Below, in pieces: positions 59,741-64,000 of a stretch of 64,000 nucleotides of DNA (position 1 is the first letter of the stretch; each line of letters begins with the position of its first letter). The notes under the pieces are model-generated. The model had not been told where the DNA came from, did no database searches, and saw only the letters and a program-made list of their open reading frames with translations. The stretch lies in NCBI GenBank assembly GCA_048128005.1, contig JBEUKZ010000018.1:124001-188000 (forward strand), given 5' to 3'. Position numbers and translations under genes: made by a program. This DNA is from Veleropilina oligotropha (lineage: Eukaryota).

Positions 59741-62736
59741 TTGCCACATGGTTAAAACAACAGAAATCCAATTACGAAGTGTGTTTTTAGTTGTTAGAGC
59801 AATTATCACCTTCAGACTTCACAGACAACTTGTATACCCGCCGATGTAACTCCACGCTTTCAACGCCTGGGCAAAATATTCGAACAGGGATCACTTTTCC
59901 CCGGCCTTTAAGGACATAATAGGACTCAAGTATAATGAACAGCTCATGACCGTCATCGCTACGTCGCTGCCCCTTATGTTTAATGATCAGCCTTAGTTGT
60001 TGCCTCTGAGGGCATGTTTTCCAGGGCGATCAAATTTTCTCATGTGATAAAATGGGGATGAACCGTATGGGTTGTTAAAAAACAGGAATTAAAACACTGA
60101 TCTAAAACAAACCAAACCTTCTGCTCCAAACACCATGCAGCCATGTTAACACGGACACCTCATGCCTGTTGAAACAGCCATGTTCCTTTATTTTAATGTC
60201 AATCCTGTTTAATGAGTCACGTTTTTGCGATCAGTGTGCGTTGGAGCACTGTTTACTGTCGTTTAATCAACTTGCCGCCATACAATCCGATACTAATTGC
60301 CTGGTATTTAATGATCGACGGTATTGATTCCAGCTGATAATACAGAGAGATTTGTTTGCTGAGTAATTTTGTCCCGCATTTAATGCCTGCATTGTGGAGG
60401 TCTCCGTAATTGCCTGCTGATCCTTATCACTTGTTTCGTTGGTAGTTATGCGAAAACCTGACAAAATCATGAGGCAATAAATCAAATATTAATGATGAGC
60501 TAGTCATTTATAATAAATTATGACTCTAGTTGTTCACGTTGACACATTTGAATTAAACTCCTCCTTTTATCAAAGTACACAAAATTGTTTCACATGTACA
60601 CTGTATGTTGAATTTTCTTTCGAAATTTGATTTCAGTGGAAATCGGTACATTTTTCATTGTTCCACGAGTAAATGTCGGCAATGGATCTTGATCAGGCTG
60701 ATTTGCCAAATTTTTGGTAGATATATCTTGGTAACACCAAATTGAGAAAGTGTTATGTTAAGTATTATGTCAATTTGCATTTGACAACTAATTTAAGAAA
60801 TATTTGGTCTAGACAAGCTATACTAATGCATGGAAATTGGTATGTAGATTATTTGGTAAACCAATTACTGGTAAATAATGCCCTTTATTGAGTTTCAAGG
60901 CTATCTGTGTGATCAATTTAGCATTATTGATAAATGCCTGAAGTGGGTAAGTGTAGACAGATTAGCGCATTAAGGCTTGAAATTAAGATGCATGTCCAAT
61001 CTATTCTGTGCTGTTGGGGGTGAAATATATATATATATATATATTCTTAATGACTTTCATGAAGGGAAGGAACTTCGTACTAGTATTACCGAAATGATAC
61101 AAATAAGGTTAATTAAAGTACATGTATGATTAATGAAAGCTTTAGTCTTAAAAGCTCACAGTAATATAGGTGATATTCGATGATTCCATATGGCATCTAA
61201 GATTTAAAACTCTAATCTCTCTTTCTCTGTTCATCGTAACGTTTATATGTTATGGGCGGTTGTTGGAGAATGCACCACGGCGGAGAGGTGAGATGTGCAG
61301 CTCGAGTTATCCTGTAAGTGTAACATCTTTCAAAATAATCCATACAGTACAAAATTTGAAGGTTTAATTTTCATACAGGACTTGACTGCATATAAAATTA
61401 TATCAGTACTGATTGTTAGAGTTATTGCATTTGGATTACGTATATAATATCCCACATTTAATATTACATACAATCTAAATCTGTAATAAATGACTGGTTA
61501 ATAGAGTGTACTTAGAGAGACTATTGCCCATAAATCTGGCGTATTCATTTTAATTGGCTTCATTTTCACCACAGTAAATGAGAACAGAATGAATGAACTC
61601 ATCTTGACCGCTAGTTACTGTAGTCGAATGCATTTCTTATGCCACCGGCTCGATTTTAGTCTTATAATCTGCCCAGCGTGCCAGAACACATTAGACCTTA
61701 CACATTCGATCGCGATCATCTTCTTTGATGTTAATGAAAAGCGATCTCTTTAATATACGTAACTTAATATTCATATTATTGTTAGATCGTTAGTTCGATT
61801 ATAAAATGAAAACAATTATTTTTTGCCACGTGTTACGCATTTAGAGAAATGGCTTTCTGATCTCATACTAGAGGACAAAAGTCACCAAACGGCAAATCCA
61901 GACGTGGATATTCAGTCATTTTGTTTCATCGTTGTTATTTCTGAATTACTATAAATTTGCTTTTGCTGTCTAGGTTAACTGAAAATAGCTGCTGACTGCA
62001 GACATCATGCATTCATGCGCGGGTCTGGATAGTTTACATATTGAGTACTGTGTATATCTCTTGAATACAATGTGTATAATAACGCTTCTGACTGCTGTTT
62101 GTTAACTTTACTAAGGAAAAAATAACCCCTTTGACAAGCTGAACATATGATGGGAAAACGAGATTGTCGTATTATTTACGTTGTGTAACATGTTGATTAT
62201 TGCACCCTGGGGCGGAGATTCAACGTCTTCGACAATATTAGTTAACATCTGCTAGATTGCAGACAGAATTTATAACTAGGAGCAACATGGAGTCTTATCA
62301 ATATCGTCAATGAGGTTGGCTCTTTTCTTAAAAAATACCACTATAATCATCATTTATATGACAAATTTTGGAGGAGATATGTCTTTTGTGCAGATTTACA
62401 TTGATCTGCGGTGAAGAAGTCTGCATCGTGTTGCTCGGAATTAGGTTTGTCTTGGAATAAACTCTGAGAGAAGCACACTTCGCAACGTCCAAATATTGAC
62501 GTTGTGATTTCCCCATCAATCTTCTCCGCTGTTTTCAATATGCGGCCATTGATTCCCGTCATTACATATATTTTGGGTCTCGGCTTCTGCTGCTGATCAA
62601 ATATAACTGTGTTCCGTATAGCACTGTAGAAATTATTGGGTGGTGTTAAGATGCATTTTATGTTGGTGTAAAGTTGACAGATTGTGGACCAATTAACTAT
62701 GATCAAGGCATCAAGTTAAATATGATTTTGGTCATT

Positions 62737-63797
62737 TTTTATCCCCCCGGCATTAAATGCGGGGGGATATAGTCATCAGCATGTCCGTCCGTCCGTCCGT
62801 CCCTCCGTCCGTCCGTCTGTCCGTCCGTCTGTAATCATTTCGTTTCCGGAGCATATCTCATAAACTGCTTTTCATATCTTTACGACACTTGGTGGGTGTA
62901 TTATGGACATGGTGAACTGGTGCCTTTTGCCAGTTTCGACGTTGAGCGGCGATTATTAACAGAGTTATTTCCCTTGTTGTAAATTCTAATTGATATCGTT
63001 TCCGGAGCATATCTCATACACCGCTCGACATAACTTTACGAAACTTGCTGGGTGTATTAAGTAGTCGGTGAACTGGTGCCTTTTGCCAGTTTCGCCGTTG
63101 TGCGGCGATTATTAACAGAGTTATTGCCCTTGTTGTAAATTCTAATCGATCTCTTTTCCAGAGCATATCTCATATACCGCTCGATATAACTTTACGAAAC
63201 TTGCTGGATATATTAAGTAGTCGGTAAACTGGTGCCTTTTGCAAGTTTCGACGTTGAGCGGCGATTATTAACAGAGTTATTGCCCTTGTCTAATCGATCT
63301 CTTTTCCAGAGCATATCTCATATACCGCTCGACATAACTTTACGAAACTTGCTGGGTGTGTTAAGTAGTCCTGGGTGTGTTAAGTAGACTTAAATAGAAT
63401 TTGTTTGGGTTTAGAAAGTGCATTTCTGCAACTCATATAAAAACCCATTTTGGTAGCTCGGTCATCTATAGCCTTCCCTGTCTCTTAAAGTAGTCGGTGA
63501 ACTAGTGCGATTATTACCAGAGTTATTGCCCTTGTTGTAAATTTGTTAATGCTATCTCTTACAGAGCGTATCTCATAAACCGCTCAGCATAGCTTTATGA
63601 AATTTGGTGCAGTTCAATCCCTATGAATAATCATATTTTCATTACTTGTAAGTTCAACTTTATTCCGTTAGAATTCTGCTGAAACCTGTCCAGTTAAGAC
63701 ATGCTTAGTTACTGATGACTATGATTTCCTTGCCGCATCTTCTGTGTGAGACATCTGTGCACCGGGGGGATATGTCATCTTCTGATGGCTCTTGTTT
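62737..63797 (+). mobile_element. HINE / DINE-1-like element with internal ~150-bp tandem repeats
   Basis: SubTIR atccccccgg / ccggggggat, (gtcc)n tract, tandem cores and 3' hairpin gtcatc-ttct-gatggc. Confidence 0.8.
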
Positions 63798-63939
63798 AAT
63801 CTTTTCGTGGGTCTAGAATATTGTTTTATGCAATACTTTTACTACGATAAAAATTAACGAAAAACTGCAATGGCGCGTAATTTAAGTGCAAAGCCGATGA
63901 TTCTAACCCACTCTGTTAACCAGAAATTTGGATTGACAG

Positions 63940-64000
63940 GAGGATGGGGATGAATGATGCTTAATATCCTGTATATTTACAACATCGAGGTTCAAGGCAG
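63940..64000 (-). mobile_element. 3' end of another SINE copy, truncated by the window edge
   Basis: atgcttaatatcctgtatatttacaacatcgaggttcaaggcag is the reverse complement of the SINE 3' end. Confidence 0.8.

Noticed and set aside
61250..61320. Possible small host exon with gtgaga/gtaagt donors
   Set aside because: It has no PDZ continuation (no SPA/GDEI motif) and no other support.

Overview
This is AT-rich animal genomic DNA, probably from a marine invertebrate (inferred from the repeat types). It covers the 5' part of a large spliced + strand gene. Three phase-compatible coding exons (14755-14781, 27242-27412, 32269-32413) encode an acidic N-terminus and the first half of a PDZ domain. 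An alternative start exon (54542-54608, MVDLEGYVILLVETKEKKIKLYG) resembles the N-terminus I recall for invertebrate Stardust/PALS1 (not database-verified). The introns hold four near-full-length DIRS1-type tyrosine-recombinase (YR) retrotransposons from two families: A1 6576-13628 (+), B1 17999-25423 (+), B2 35475-49916 (+) and A2 41482-48900 (-). A2 is nested in B2, which is nested in a SINE. All four have inverted terminal repeats (ITRs), an internal complementary region (ICR), gag, RT-RNaseH-Dam-like pol and an overlapping YR frame, and every copy carries disabling lesions. Main observations: (1) in all four copies gag ends in a conserved CCC-TAG-GG, with the long YR frame directly in frame behind the stop and pol in the +1 frame, a candidate three-way recoding switch; (2) an ~800-nt 3' UTR made of hairpins with compensatory changes between families; (3) copy-specific co-variation of ICR and termini; (4) a ~3.75-kb 50-bp satellite grown inside a TTAA-flanked piggyBac-like element. 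tRNA-derived SINEs, Helentron-type HINEs, MITEs, minisatellites and a perfect 281-bp palindrome are also present.
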